Source: a virus
DNA length: 64,000 nucleotides
IMG/VR virus record: IMGVR_UViG_3300032288_005579
Direction: 5' to 3' (one strand)
The translations under genes were made by a program, and so were the position numbers. Positions 34,276 through 42,723 of the stretch are shown one piece after another (the stretch's first letter is position 1; every line of letters starts with the position of its first letter). The notes beneath the pieces are model-generated. The model made no database searches. It saw only the letters and a program-made list of their open reading frames with translations, and was not told the origin of the DNA.

Positions 34276-34530
34276 ATGTTTCAAAATCAAGAGAAAACCA
34301 AGTTATCCGACAACGAACTGCAACTAATAAAACTTATTAGGCAGGATAGTTTTGAAGCTGCATCAGCTCTTGGAGAGCTTATGTACCAAAGCACGTTACT
34401 CGAACACCAGATAAAGGGCGTAAAAACCCGGGTTATTGAGATAAAGGATAGGGAAAATTCCTTGCTTGAAGAACTTAAAGAAAAGTATGGAAACGTTACG
34501 ATAAATATAGAGACTGGTGAAATTGAGTAG
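34276..34530 (+). CDS. Small coiled-coil hypothetical protein
   Basis: Heptad pattern, ending EKYGNVTINIETGEIE. Confidence 0.7.
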   Translation: MFQNQEKTKLSDNELQLIKLIRQDSFEAASALGELMYQSTLLEHQIKGVKTRVIEIKDRENSLLEELKEKYGNVTINIETGEIE

Positions 34531-34552
34531 TTTGTTTTGACCGAGAACAACA

Positions 34553-34560
34553 TATTTATT
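34553..34560 (+). promoter_or_regulatory. TATTTATT motif
   Basis: 23 nt upstream of the sheath ATG. Confidence 0.65.
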
Positions 34561-34583
34561 GCTAGAACAAACTAAAAAAACAA

Positions 34584-36359
34584 ATGGCATCAGAAACCTT
34601 GATTTCACCGGGTGTTTTCCTACAAGAAAACGACTTATCGCAGATAACCCAGGGTCCCGTACAAGTGGGTGCGGCCTTAATAGGTCCCACAGTCTCAGGA
34701 GAAGTTAATATCCCCACAGTAGTAACTACCTATTCACAGTACAAATCTAAATTTGGATCTACCTTCGTTTCAGGAGGAAGCGTATTGGAATACTTAACAA
34801 GCATCGCTGCTCTAAACTATTTTGAACAGGGCGGTGATTCACTTCTTGTTACTAGAGTGGCATCAGGATCTTACACCCCTGCCACCGCTTCAATTTACAC
34901 TCAGGATCCTTCAGTAGTTGCCTTTGTGTTAGAAACACTTACGCCTGGGGTTGTAATGAACAACCAATCTCCGGCTTCCTCAGTTGTCAGCGGATCCCTA
35001 CCTAGTGGATCTAACGTCAACGTACGTTGGGAAGTAGTAAGCTCTAATTCAGGATCTGGATTATTCTCTTTGGTAATTCGCAGAGGAGACGATAGCGAAA
35101 CCAACAAAACCATATTGGAAACTTGGACTAACTTGTCCTTGGATCCTAACGAACCTAACTACGTTGCTTTCGTGATCGGCGATCAAACAAAGAACGTACA
35201 ACTCGACGAGAACGGTAACTACTACGTACAGACTTCCGGATCCTACTCCAACAAGAGTAGCTACGTCAGAGTCAAATCTGTAGCTTCTAGTACGCCTAAC
35301 TACTTCAACAACAACGGCATAGCAAGAACTGAATTCACCGGTTCAATGCCTAAAATAGGTTCAGGCTCCACTCACGGATCCTTTGGAACCGCTGAAGGCG
35401 CGCTTTACGGAGGTCAAATAGTAAACAATACCCCGAACAATCCACTGAACATGTACGAGTCCATACCGAACACTACTTCGGACACAGTGGCCGAGAACAT
35501 TCAGGGCATACAAGCAGCTCAATACAATACTGCTATCAACATGTTAGCAAACAAGGACGCTTATAGATTTAACGTCATATACGCTCCTGGTATAAATTCT
35601 CAAAACGCGCCTTCTCAAATCTCTAACATACTTGCTCTCGCTTCCGATAGAGGCGATGCAATCGCAGTCGTTGACATGGTGTCTTACGCTCAAAGCAAGA
35701 CACAAGTCATCACGCAAGCCGCTAACTACGACAACTCATACGGAGCGACCTACTGGCCTTGGGTACAAATCAGAAGCCGCGAAACAGGTAAACTGAACTT
35801 CGTACCTGCTTCCACACTGATCCCTGCCATCTACGAGTACAATGATAAGGTTGCAGCAGAATGGTTCGCGCCTGCCGGTTTGAATCGTGGTGGTATGGCA
35901 ACGGTAATCCAGCCTGAGCGCAGAGTGAGCGTAGAAGACAGGAACTTCCTGTATCAAGGCAAAGTGAACCCGATCGCGGTGTTCCCTGGAGTTGGTACGG
36001 TTGTTTACGGTCAAAAGACTCTCCAGTCCAAGGCATCCGCCCTCGACAGAGTTAACGTACGCAGATTGCTCATCTCTTTGAAGAGCTACATCGGTCAAGT
36101 CGGTGAGAGCCTAGTATTCGAACCCAATACCCAGGTAACTCGTAATAGATTCTTGAACCAGGTTAACCCTTATCTAGAGTACGTACAACAGCGTCAGGGT
36201 CTCTATGCGTTCCAAGTGACTATGGACGAGAGCAACAACACGCCTGATGTAATCGATCGCAACCAACTCGTTGGTACAATCTACCTGCAGCCTACAAGAG
36301 CGGCCGAATTCATCTACCTGAACTTCAACGTGCTGCCGACTGGAACAAGCTTTTCTTAA
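34584..36359 (+). CDS. gp18: Tail sheath protein, gp18-like
   Basis: SPGVFLQENDLS, YFEQGG...VTRV, EWFAPAGLNRG and NPIAVFPG.G.VVYGQKTL....ALDRVNVRRLLI. Confidence 0.95.
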   Translation: MASETLISPGVFLQENDLSQITQGPVQVGAALIGPTVSGEVNIPTVVTTYSQYKSKFGSTFVSGGSVLEYLTSIAALNYFEQGGDSLLVTRVASGSYTPATASIYTQDPSVVAFVLETLTPGVVMNNQSPASSVVSGSLPSGSNVNVRWEVVSSNSGSGLFSLVIRRGDDSETNKTILETWTNLSLDPNEPNYVAFVIGDQTKNVQLDENGNYYVQTSGSYSNKSSYVRVKSVASSTPNYFNNNGIARTEFTGSMPKIGSGSTHGSFGTAEGALYGGQIVNNTPNNPLNMYESIPNTTSDTVAENIQGIQAAQYNTAINMLANKDAYRFNVIYAPGINSQNAPSQISNILALASDRGDAIAVVDMVSYAQSKTQVITQAANYDNSYGATYWPWVQIRSRETGKLNFVPASTLIPAIYEYNDKVAAEWFAPAGLNRGGMATVIQPERRVSVEDRNFLYQGKVNPIAVFPGVGTVVYGQKTLQSKASALDRVNVRRLLISLKSYIGQVGESLVFEPNTQVTRNRFLNQVNPYLEYVQQRQGLYAFQVTMDESNNTPDVIDRNQLVGTIYLQPTRAAEFIYLNFNVLPTGTSFS

Positions 36360-36376
36360 TTGATTAAATATAACAA

Positions 36377-36535
36377 ATGATGAAAAATTTAAGTGGCCTT
36401 TCCGACGACACCCGATTGAGAGTTAGAGTTCCCAAAGCCCTCTACGAGAGCATCAAGAAGCAACTCGATAAGAAGAGACTGTTCGAAGCAAAGGAAAAAA
36501 AGAAGGTTTCTGAAAACAAGAAAAAGAAAAAGTAG
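36377..36535 (+). CDS. 52-aa Lys-rich small protein, ribbon-helix-helix-like N-terminal half (below the ORF-track cutoff)
   Basis: Translated by hand: MMKNLSGLSDDTRLRVRVPKALYESIKKQLDKKRLFEAKEKKKVSENKKKKK. It fills the sheath-tube gap. Confidence 0.65.
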   Translation: MMKNLSGLSDDTRLRVRVPKALYESIKKQLDKKRLFEAKEKKKVSENKKKKK

Positions 36536-36542
36536 TTTTCGA

Positions 36543-36550
36543 TATTTATA
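36543..36550 (+). promoter_or_regulatory. TATTTATA motif
   Basis: 26 nt upstream of the tube ATG. Confidence 0.7.
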
Positions 36551-36576
36551 GACAGAAAACGTAAACACACAATAAG

Positions 36577-37062
36577 ATGCCTGTATTAGATCCTTCAGAA
36601 ATAATGTTTACCGCGTTCGAACCCATAGTTCAGAACAGGTTCGTATTTTACATCGACGGTATTCCGTCCTTCATCATAAAGAAGGCCGATGCCCCGGGCG
36701 TAGACCAGGGCGAAATCAAGATCGACCACATCAACGTATACCGTAAGATCAAAGGTAAGGCGATGTGGAGGGATCTCGTACTGCAACTCTACAACCCCGT
36801 AACCCCTTCCGGCCAACAGGCTGTGATGGAATGGGTTCGCCTGCATCACGAATCCGTAACCGGTCGCGATGGCTACTCCGACTTCTACAAAAAGGACTGC
36901 AGCATGAATATTCTGGGTCCCGTCGGTGACATCGTTTCCGAGTGGATCGTTAAAGGCGCTTTCATTAAAGCTACGAACTTCGGATCCTACGACTGGTCAA
37001 ACACCGAGACATCCATCTTGGAATTAACTCTCGGCATGGATTACTGCATACTCAACTTCTAA
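36577..37062 (+). CDS. gp19: Tail tube protein, gp19-like
   Basis: 161 aa with QNRF, WRDLVLQLYNP, QAVMEW, Y.DFYKKD and W..KGAF...NFG.YDW. Follows the sheath. Confidence 0.9.
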   Translation: MPVLDPSEIMFTAFEPIVQNRFVFYIDGIPSFIIKKADAPGVDQGEIKIDHINVYRKIKGKAMWRDLVLQLYNPVTPSGQQAVMEWVRLHHESVTGRDGYSDFYKKDCSMNILGPVGDIVSEWIVKGAFIKATNFGSYDWSNTETSILELTLGMDYCILNF

Positions 37063-37085
37063 AAGGGCGAGTTCGATTTTGCAAG

Positions 37086-37112
37086 AAACCCCTCTTTTGA
37101 GGGGTTTTTTAT
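37086..37112 (+). terminator. Rho-independent terminator after the tube gene
   Basis: AAACCCCTC-TTTT-GAGGGGTTT followed by a T-tract. Confidence 0.9.
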
Positions 37113-37135
37113 TGCGTAAAAGTGAAGTACGCATA

Positions 37136-37143
37136 TATTTATA
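37136..37143 (+). promoter_or_regulatory. TATTTATA motif
   Basis: After the terminator and 12 nt upstream of ATG 37156. Confidence 0.65.
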
Positions 37144-37155
37144 ATTAAATAAGTC

Positions 37156-38112
37156 ATGACAGTCTATCATCTGGAAAACGTAAGTTATCTCAAAAAGACT
37201 TGGGATGTCGTATTTGCAGAGCTTGTTAAACACCTAAAAAACAAACACAGCGCAAAAGTAGTATACGATGGAAACACTCCAGATATAGAGCGTACTTTGT
37301 ACATTCCTGAATTGAATTACCAAATGAAGGACTGTGAATTGGTTATATACGACGAACACAAGGACTCCTTCAAAGCCATAAGTTTCAGCGAACACAAGAC
37401 AAACATTTGGAACGCTTTCGAAAAACGCAACAACAAGAACGATCTACTGCTAATAACCCAGTTCTACGATTGGTTTAATAAAGAGTGCGAAACTGGTGAA
37501 TTCAAACACGATTTGTCTCACTGTAAATTCTCGGTAGGTTCTACAGTATTTTATCCTCTCTGGACAAATATAGACTACGAAGAAATATACAGTAGAAGAA
37601 AGGCCAAGAAACCAGAGGAGTTTGTGGATAAAATGTTCATGTTATTTGGTACCCACAGATCTGATCCTTTTGAATTGTCAAAGCGGGGATATCTAAACGA
37701 AATGGTGGGGTTTTTAGAACAACCGGAATACTTCGATGCTCTAATAAATCACAAAGTTGGTCTATCCATAGCCACAGTAGCAGATTTTTGTTATCGTGAC
37801 ATAGAATACATGGCAATAGGAATGCCTTACATACGAGTGGAATACATAAATGAGTTCGATCCCCCGTTGATTCCGAATTTTCACTACGTTTCTATAGACA
37901 GAGAGAAGAACGGATTACCCCATAATTCGGGTTTAGATAGGGAAGGCAGCGAAAAGCACGTAGAAGCCTATATAAAAAGATTTTTAGAGGTGAAAGAAGA
38001 CACCGCGTTTTTAGAATTTGTGGCTAATAACGCTAGGGAATACTACGTTAAGTACTGCAGTCCAAAAAATAGGATACCGCACTTGCTAAATCTTCTTAGA
38101 ATCAGAGATTGA
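37156..38112 (+). CDS. Putative glycosyltransferase (GT-B-like C-terminal half)
   Basis: HKVGLSI...DFCYRDIEYMAIGMPYI and LEFVANNAREYY resemble CgeB/Glyco_trans_1_2-type C-terminal domains. Confidence 0.55.
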   Translation: MTVYHLENVSYLKKTWDVVFAELVKHLKNKHSAKVVYDGNTPDIERTLYIPELNYQMKDCELVIYDEHKDSFKAISFSEHKTNIWNAFEKRNNKNDLLLITQFYDWFNKECETGEFKHDLSHCKFSVGSTVFYPLWTNIDYEEIYSRRKAKKPEEFVDKMFMLFGTHRSDPFELSKRGYLNEMVGFLEQPEYFDALINHKVGLSIATVADFCYRDIEYMAIGMPYIRVEYINEFDPPLIPNFHYVSIDREKNGLPHNSGLDREGSEKHVEAYIKRFLEVKEDTAFLEFVANNAREYYVKYCSPKNRIPHLLNLLRIRD

Positions 38113-38128
38113 AAATTTCACATACATA

Positions 38129-38136
38129 TATTTATA
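38129..38136 (+). promoter_or_regulatory. TATTTATA motif
   Basis: 16 nt upstream of ATG 38153. Confidence 0.7.
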
Positions 38137-38152
38137 ATAAACAAAACCATTT

Positions 38153-38917
38153 ATGTCAGACAAAAAATACGCAGTTCCAACAGAAATTATTGACCTACCT
38201 TCAAAGGGTGTGTTGTATTCGCCTTTAAATCCGTTGTGTTCGGGTTCGGTCGAAATGAAATACATGACCGCCAAAGAGGAAGACATCCTAACGAACGTTA
38301 ACCTACTTAGACAGGGGTTAGCCATAGAAACGGTGTTGAAATCGCTCATAGTCACAAAGATAAACTACGACGAATTGATCATTGGCGACAGAAACGCGCT
38401 GTTAGTCGCGGCACGCATCCTCGCTTACGGTAAGGACTACGCTTTCGAATACGTAAATCCCAATACTAACGAAAAAGAGTTGGTTACGGTGGATCTGTCA
38501 GAACTAAAATACAAAGAGATCGACTTTGACAAACTCAACGACAAGAACGAGTTCACATTCAAGTTGCCAAAAACGGACAATGTGGTTACCTATAAGATTT
38601 TGACCGTGGCCGACGATAAGGCGATAGAACGTGAAGCAAAGAGCATGAAGAAAGCCCTCAACACAGACGTGGGTATGATGAGTTTAAGGCTCAAGAAGCA
38701 GATAACTTCCGTAAACGGTGACAGCTCAGAGAAAGCCATTCGTGAATTCGTTGACGGTGGGCACCTTCTAGCTATGGATTCCAGAGCCTTAAGAACTGAC
38801 ATGACAAGAAACACACCGGACATCGATATGACATCGCTGGTGACTCTCAGGGACGGTTCTGACCTAAACGTCGATATTCCTATTACTGCAGAATTCTTCT
38901 TCCCAGGTACTGAATAA
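38153..38917 (+). CDS. Baseplate hub assembly / tail assembly chaperone (gp26-like)
   Basis: IDLPSKG..Y, YMTAKEEDIL, L.IGDRNALL.AARILAYG and PITAEFFFP resemble gp26-like proteins. Upstream of the tape measure. Confidence 0.75.
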   Translation: MSDKKYAVPTEIIDLPSKGVLYSPLNPLCSGSVEMKYMTAKEEDILTNVNLLRQGLAIETVLKSLIVTKINYDELIIGDRNALLVAARILAYGKDYAFEYVNPNTNEKELVTVDLSELKYKEIDFDKLNDKNEFTFKLPKTDNVVTYKILTVADDKAIEREAKSMKKALNTDVGMMSLRLKKQITSVNGDSSEKAIREFVDGGHLLAMDSRALRTDMTRNTPDIDMTSLVTLRDGSDLNVDIPITAEFFFPGTE

Positions 38918-38926
38918 ACAGCACCC

Positions 38927-39271
38927 ATGAAGGGCTTTTCCTATTATACCAGTCCACTGTTTCCTGGACCGGAATACAGAGCCGTGTTCATGAACGAGTG
39001 TTTTGAACTTGTTTACCACGGTCAGGGAGGTTTCACTTGGTACGATGTATGGAATATGCCGGTGAAGCACAGGAAGTTCAATCTAAAGAAGATACAGGAA
39101 TTCTTAGACAAGGTACAAGAGGAACGAGACGGAAAGAACCAGAAGCTCACTGAAAGGAGCGATTTTTCAAAATTGATTCCCCAAGAGGTTGCTAAAGCTG
39201 CGCAAAAGAGGCAACAAGACCGGGAATATATAGCTAAAGCGGGATCAAAAACCTCAACCAAAAAGCCTTAA
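38927..39271 (+). CDS. Tail chaperone second part / gp51-like small protein
   Basis: FELVYHGQGGFTWYDVWNMPVKHRKF resembles the short chaperone segment found before tape measure genes. Same frame as the upstream gene. Confidence 0.65.
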   Translation: MKGFSYYTSPLFPGPEYRAVFMNECFELVYHGQGGFTWYDVWNMPVKHRKFNLKKIQEFLDKVQEERDGKNQKLTERSDFSKLIPQEVAKAAQKRQQDREYIAKAGSKTSTKKP

Positions 39272-39278
39272 AGCGTCA

Positions 39279-39286
39279 TATTTATT
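39279..39286 (+). promoter_or_regulatory. TATTTATT motif
   Basis: 19 nt upstream of GTG 39306. Confidence 0.6.
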
Positions 39287-39305
39287 TGTATAACGCAAAT
39301 TTTCC

Positions 39306-42300
39306 GTGGCAGTAGACAACGAAAAACCCGAACAACCGAAATCAGCGGCGGCACCTTCCCAAAAGGAGGATGCTCAAGATTTTTTAAAAGTTTTCAAGGA
39401 ACGATTAGGAATCGAACGCTCAATTCGTGACGAGGCCAAGTACAGTATACAAAACCTAGAAAAACAACTCCAAACAATACAGAAACAAAATGCCAAGTTA
39501 GAAAGTCAGAATCGTGATACGATAAACATAAAGACTATAAATTCCGAGATTCTAAGGAATAAACAGGATTTATACGTTACTACTGCAAAGATAGCTGATA
39601 AAGAGAAAGAGGTACTTAAAGGCGATCCTAAAAAGATTGAGGCATTTAAACAGCAAATGCAGGAACATGAAAAGCTAAAAAAAGCGGAAAAAAAGGCAGA
39701 AGACGAACTTAGAGAATCCGCAATAAAAGTAGAATCAGAAAAAAAGAAGTTAGGTGCAGCAGGCGCTGCTCAAGCAGAAAAAACGTTCTCTAAACAAAAA
39801 CAATTAACACAGGATCTAGCTTTTGCTGAGAGCGAAGCCAAAAGAAAGATAGAACTCGCAGATCAAAATCGAACGAAGGATATAGAGGCCACTGAAAAAG
39901 AGATGGCCTCGAAAAAAACAGATCTGCAAAAGAAAGTGCACCAAGATGGAGTAAAATTAGCGTCACTAGATAGATTACTAGATAATAAGAACCTGTCAGA
40001 GCAAAAAAGAGAAAAATTAGAAAGACAGAAATACGAGATAGAGAGTAACAAAAAACAAAGCGAAAACGAACTATCCCTAATAGACGAAACAAAGAAAAAG
40101 CGTCTAGACGCGTTTGAAGCAATACGAGCAAGAGAAGTAGAAGACGCACAATCCACCCTACAAACAACACAGAAGAACATAGCCGAAGAACAAAAGTTAC
40201 TTCAAGAAAATTTAACTGACGGAGAAAAAGCATACCAACAATCGTTAGAAACGATGGATGCGAAGCAGCAACAGCTTGATATCGCGAAGGACCAGTCACA
40301 GTTGAATTTAGATTCCATGGATGAAGAGGCTTTGACTCTTGCTGCGCTACAAAAACAAAAAGACGTAGAAGAAGCTCAGTTAGCAATTAACGAGAAGAGA
40401 AAACAACAAGAAGTTGAAGTCAGTGATACACTGGGTCTTACGGGAACATTAGCTCAAAAATTCACTGAAAAACTTGGAGTCGGAGAAGGCGTTTACAACG
40501 CAATGACCGAAAAGGCCCGTCAACTTGTAGAAGAGCAAGAAAAGAGCGGTAAAAAAATGGGACTCCTATCCAGCAGGTGGGAGGTTCTTAAAGCTGGTAT
40601 CAAGGCCGCGGGTCAAAATCTTAGAGACATGTGGAACGATCCCGTAGCAAGAGCTGCTATATTGGCAGGGATATTGAAGACCGCGTGGAACGGACTGCGC
40701 GCAGGATTCGATAAAGTCGGAGCTGCGGCTGCCGGCGCAGGAAACATGTTGAAGAAGATGTCTTCGGACTCAGCTTCAGTGTTCTCAGACCTAGCGAAAC
40801 CCGCTTTGGACATAGTAAGTAAGATACCGATGGTGGGTGGATTGATATCGGGAGTTTTAAGCGGTATCATAGCGGTAGTCGACATGGTCACGGGCATGAA
40901 CGATGCCCTGATAAAGACGGGAAGGACTCTCGGAATGACCTACGAACAGACTAAAGCGTTAAACCATCAATTCCAAAACTTTTCGGCTTCCTCTGGGGAC
41001 ATATTCAATAACTCCAAAAAACTTTTAGAGAGCTACGGAGAAATTTCTAAAGAGTTGGGAGTTATAACAACTCTGTCTAACCAAGATCTCACTACAAACA
41101 TAAAACTAAGAGATCTAGCGGGATTGGACGTCCAGACCCGTACGAAGTTGATGACCATCGCAAAGACGTCTGGAAAGGATGTACAAACGCTGACTTCCAA
41201 CATACTTGCTCAAACAACGGCTCTTCAAAAACAGACGGGAATACAACTGAACAATCAAAAAGTTCTAGCTGAAGTGACAAAACTGTCAGGCGTTCTAGGG
41301 TTACAGTTCTCAAAGTTCCCAGAGAAGATAACCGCTGCATACGTACAGATGAAGGCTTTGGGAATGGAACTCACTTCTCTTGATCAAAAAGCCGACGGAT
41401 TCTTAAATTTCCAAGACAGTATACAAAAAGAATTCGAAGCACAGTTGTTGACAGGAAAGGATCTCAATCTCATGAAGGTTCGTGAGTTGATGTTGAACAA
41501 CAAGATAGCGGATGCAGGACTTTTAATTGCCAAACAAGTGGGAAGCTCGAAAGACTTCCTAAAGATGAATAGGTTGGAAGCGCAGTCGTACGCCGCAGCC
41601 ATGGAAATGACTAGAGACGAAGTCGCTAACATGCTTAGAGATCAAGAGGCCATGGCGGCTTTTGGAGCTAATAGTACTAAGGAAGTGCAAAAACAGGTCG
41701 AATTGTTAAGACAACAGGGTAAAGAACACGAAGCTATTGCCAAATTAGGAAGTAGAGAGGCTTACGATGCTATGACTAAGGCCACTTTACAAGAAAAGAT
41801 CGCTGCATTCATAGAGAAGATAAAACAGTCTCTTGCCGATTTCGTAGAGAGAACGGGATTGATCGAAAAAATCGAAAAGATGTTCAAGTGGTTGGAAGAT
41901 CCTTCGAAGATAAGAGGTGTGATATTCGCTGTTAGAGACGCGTTCGCTGGCATAGTAGATATCATGATGTCCGTAGTAGGCGGAATAATGACTGCTCTTA
42001 GTAAGTGGCCATTTAACGCAGTTAGTTCTGACGAACTTTTTAAGTTCAGAGATATGCAAAAATCCATATCTAAAAACATTCGTAGCGTTGGAACTGAAGC
42101 TTTACAAGACGCAGGACAAGAACAAAAAGGAAAAGACCCAAATAAAAAAGAATTTGCTTTAGGCGGATACACTGGAGACGGACCTAAAAATAAGATAGCT
42201 GGTTTGGTTCACGCTCAAGAGTACGTTGTAAACGCTGATCAGTTAGAAAAATTGGGAGGAGTGGTGAACTTCCAAAAAACTCTTAGTGAATTGTTAATGT

Positions 42301-42713
42301 TAAAAGGAAAACAAGAGTTTGAAAAATCTGAAAAATTAACTCAAACAAGCATCATACCGCAAGGAGATAAAGCGGCAGATAGATCAGTTCAACCAACAAC
42401 CCAAAGCATTCAAAGGGTGCCACAACAGACGCCCGTTCAAATGCCGGCTGATGCTACACTGAAAATAGGCGAAATACTGGCCAAAGCAACCAACCAAAAC
42501 AATCAACCCAAAGTAGATGTAAGTTCAATAGGGGAGATTGTAAAAACTGCGCTTGAAGGAGTTAAGACCGCAATAGCGAACAACAACGGCAGAATGCCAG
42601 AGGTTGTCATCAACTTGGATGGAGCGCCTTTGGCCAAAGCCACCGGTGATAATTTCCAAAAAAGAGGTTTCTCATCTACTAGTACAAGCCCCTTATTTTT
42701 ACAGGGCGTATAA
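39306..42713 (+). CDS. Tape measure protein
   Basis: Long charged coiled coil, an Ala/Gly amphipathic segment and C-terminal FALGGYTGDG...AGLVHAQEYV. Position follows the chaperones. Confidence 0.85.
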   Translation: MAVDNEKPEQPKSAAAPSQKEDAQDFLKVFKERLGIERSIRDEAKYSIQNLEKQLQTIQKQNAKLESQNRDTINIKTINSEILRNKQDLYVTTAKIADKEKEVLKGDPKKIEAFKQQMQEHEKLKKAEKKAEDELRESAIKVESEKKKLGAAGAAQAEKTFSKQKQLTQDLAFAESEAKRKIELADQNRTKDIEATEKEMASKKTDLQKKVHQDGVKLASLDRLLDNKNLSEQKREKLERQKYEIESNKKQSENELSLIDETKKKRLDAFEAIRAREVEDAQSTLQTTQKNIAEEQKLLQENLTDGEKAYQQSLETMDAKQQQLDIAKDQSQLNLDSMDEEALTLAALQKQKDVEEAQLAINEKRKQQEVEVSDTLGLTGTLAQKFTEKLGVGEGVYNAMTEKARQLVEEQEKSGKKMGLLSSRWEVLKAGIKAAGQNLRDMWNDPVARAAILAGILKTAWNGLRAGFDKVGAAAAGAGNMLKKMSSDSASVFSDLAKPALDIVSKIPMVGGLISGVLSGIIAVVDMVTGMNDALIKTGRTLGMTYEQTKALNHQFQNFSASSGDIFNNSKKLLESYGEISKELGVITTLSNQDLTTNIKLRDLAGLDVQTRTKLMTIAKTSGKDVQTLTSNILAQTTALQKQTGIQLNNQKVLAEVTKLSGVLGLQFSKFPEKITAAYVQMKALGMELTSLDQKADGFLNFQDSIQKEFEAQLLTGKDLNLMKVRELMLNNKIADAGLLIAKQVGSSKDFLKMNRLEAQSYAAAMEMTRDEVANMLRDQEAMAAFGANSTKEVQKQVELLRQQGKEHEAIAKLGSREAYDAMTKATLQEKIAAFIEKIKQSLADFVERTGLIEKIEKMFKWLEDPSKIRGVIFAVRDAFAGIVDIMMSVVGGIMTALSKWPFNAVSSDELFKFRDMQKSISKNIRSVGTEALQDAGQEQKGKDPNKKEFALGGYTGDGPKNKIAGLVHAQEYVVNADQLEKLGGVVNFQKTLSELLMLKGKQEFEKSEKLTQTSIIPQGDKAADRSVQPTTQSIQRVPQQTPVQMPADATLKIGEILAKATNQNNQPKVDVSSIGEIVKTALEGVKTAIANNNGRMPEVVINLDGAPLAKATGDNFQKRGFSSTSTSPLFLQGV

Positions 42714-42723
42714 AAATTAAAGC

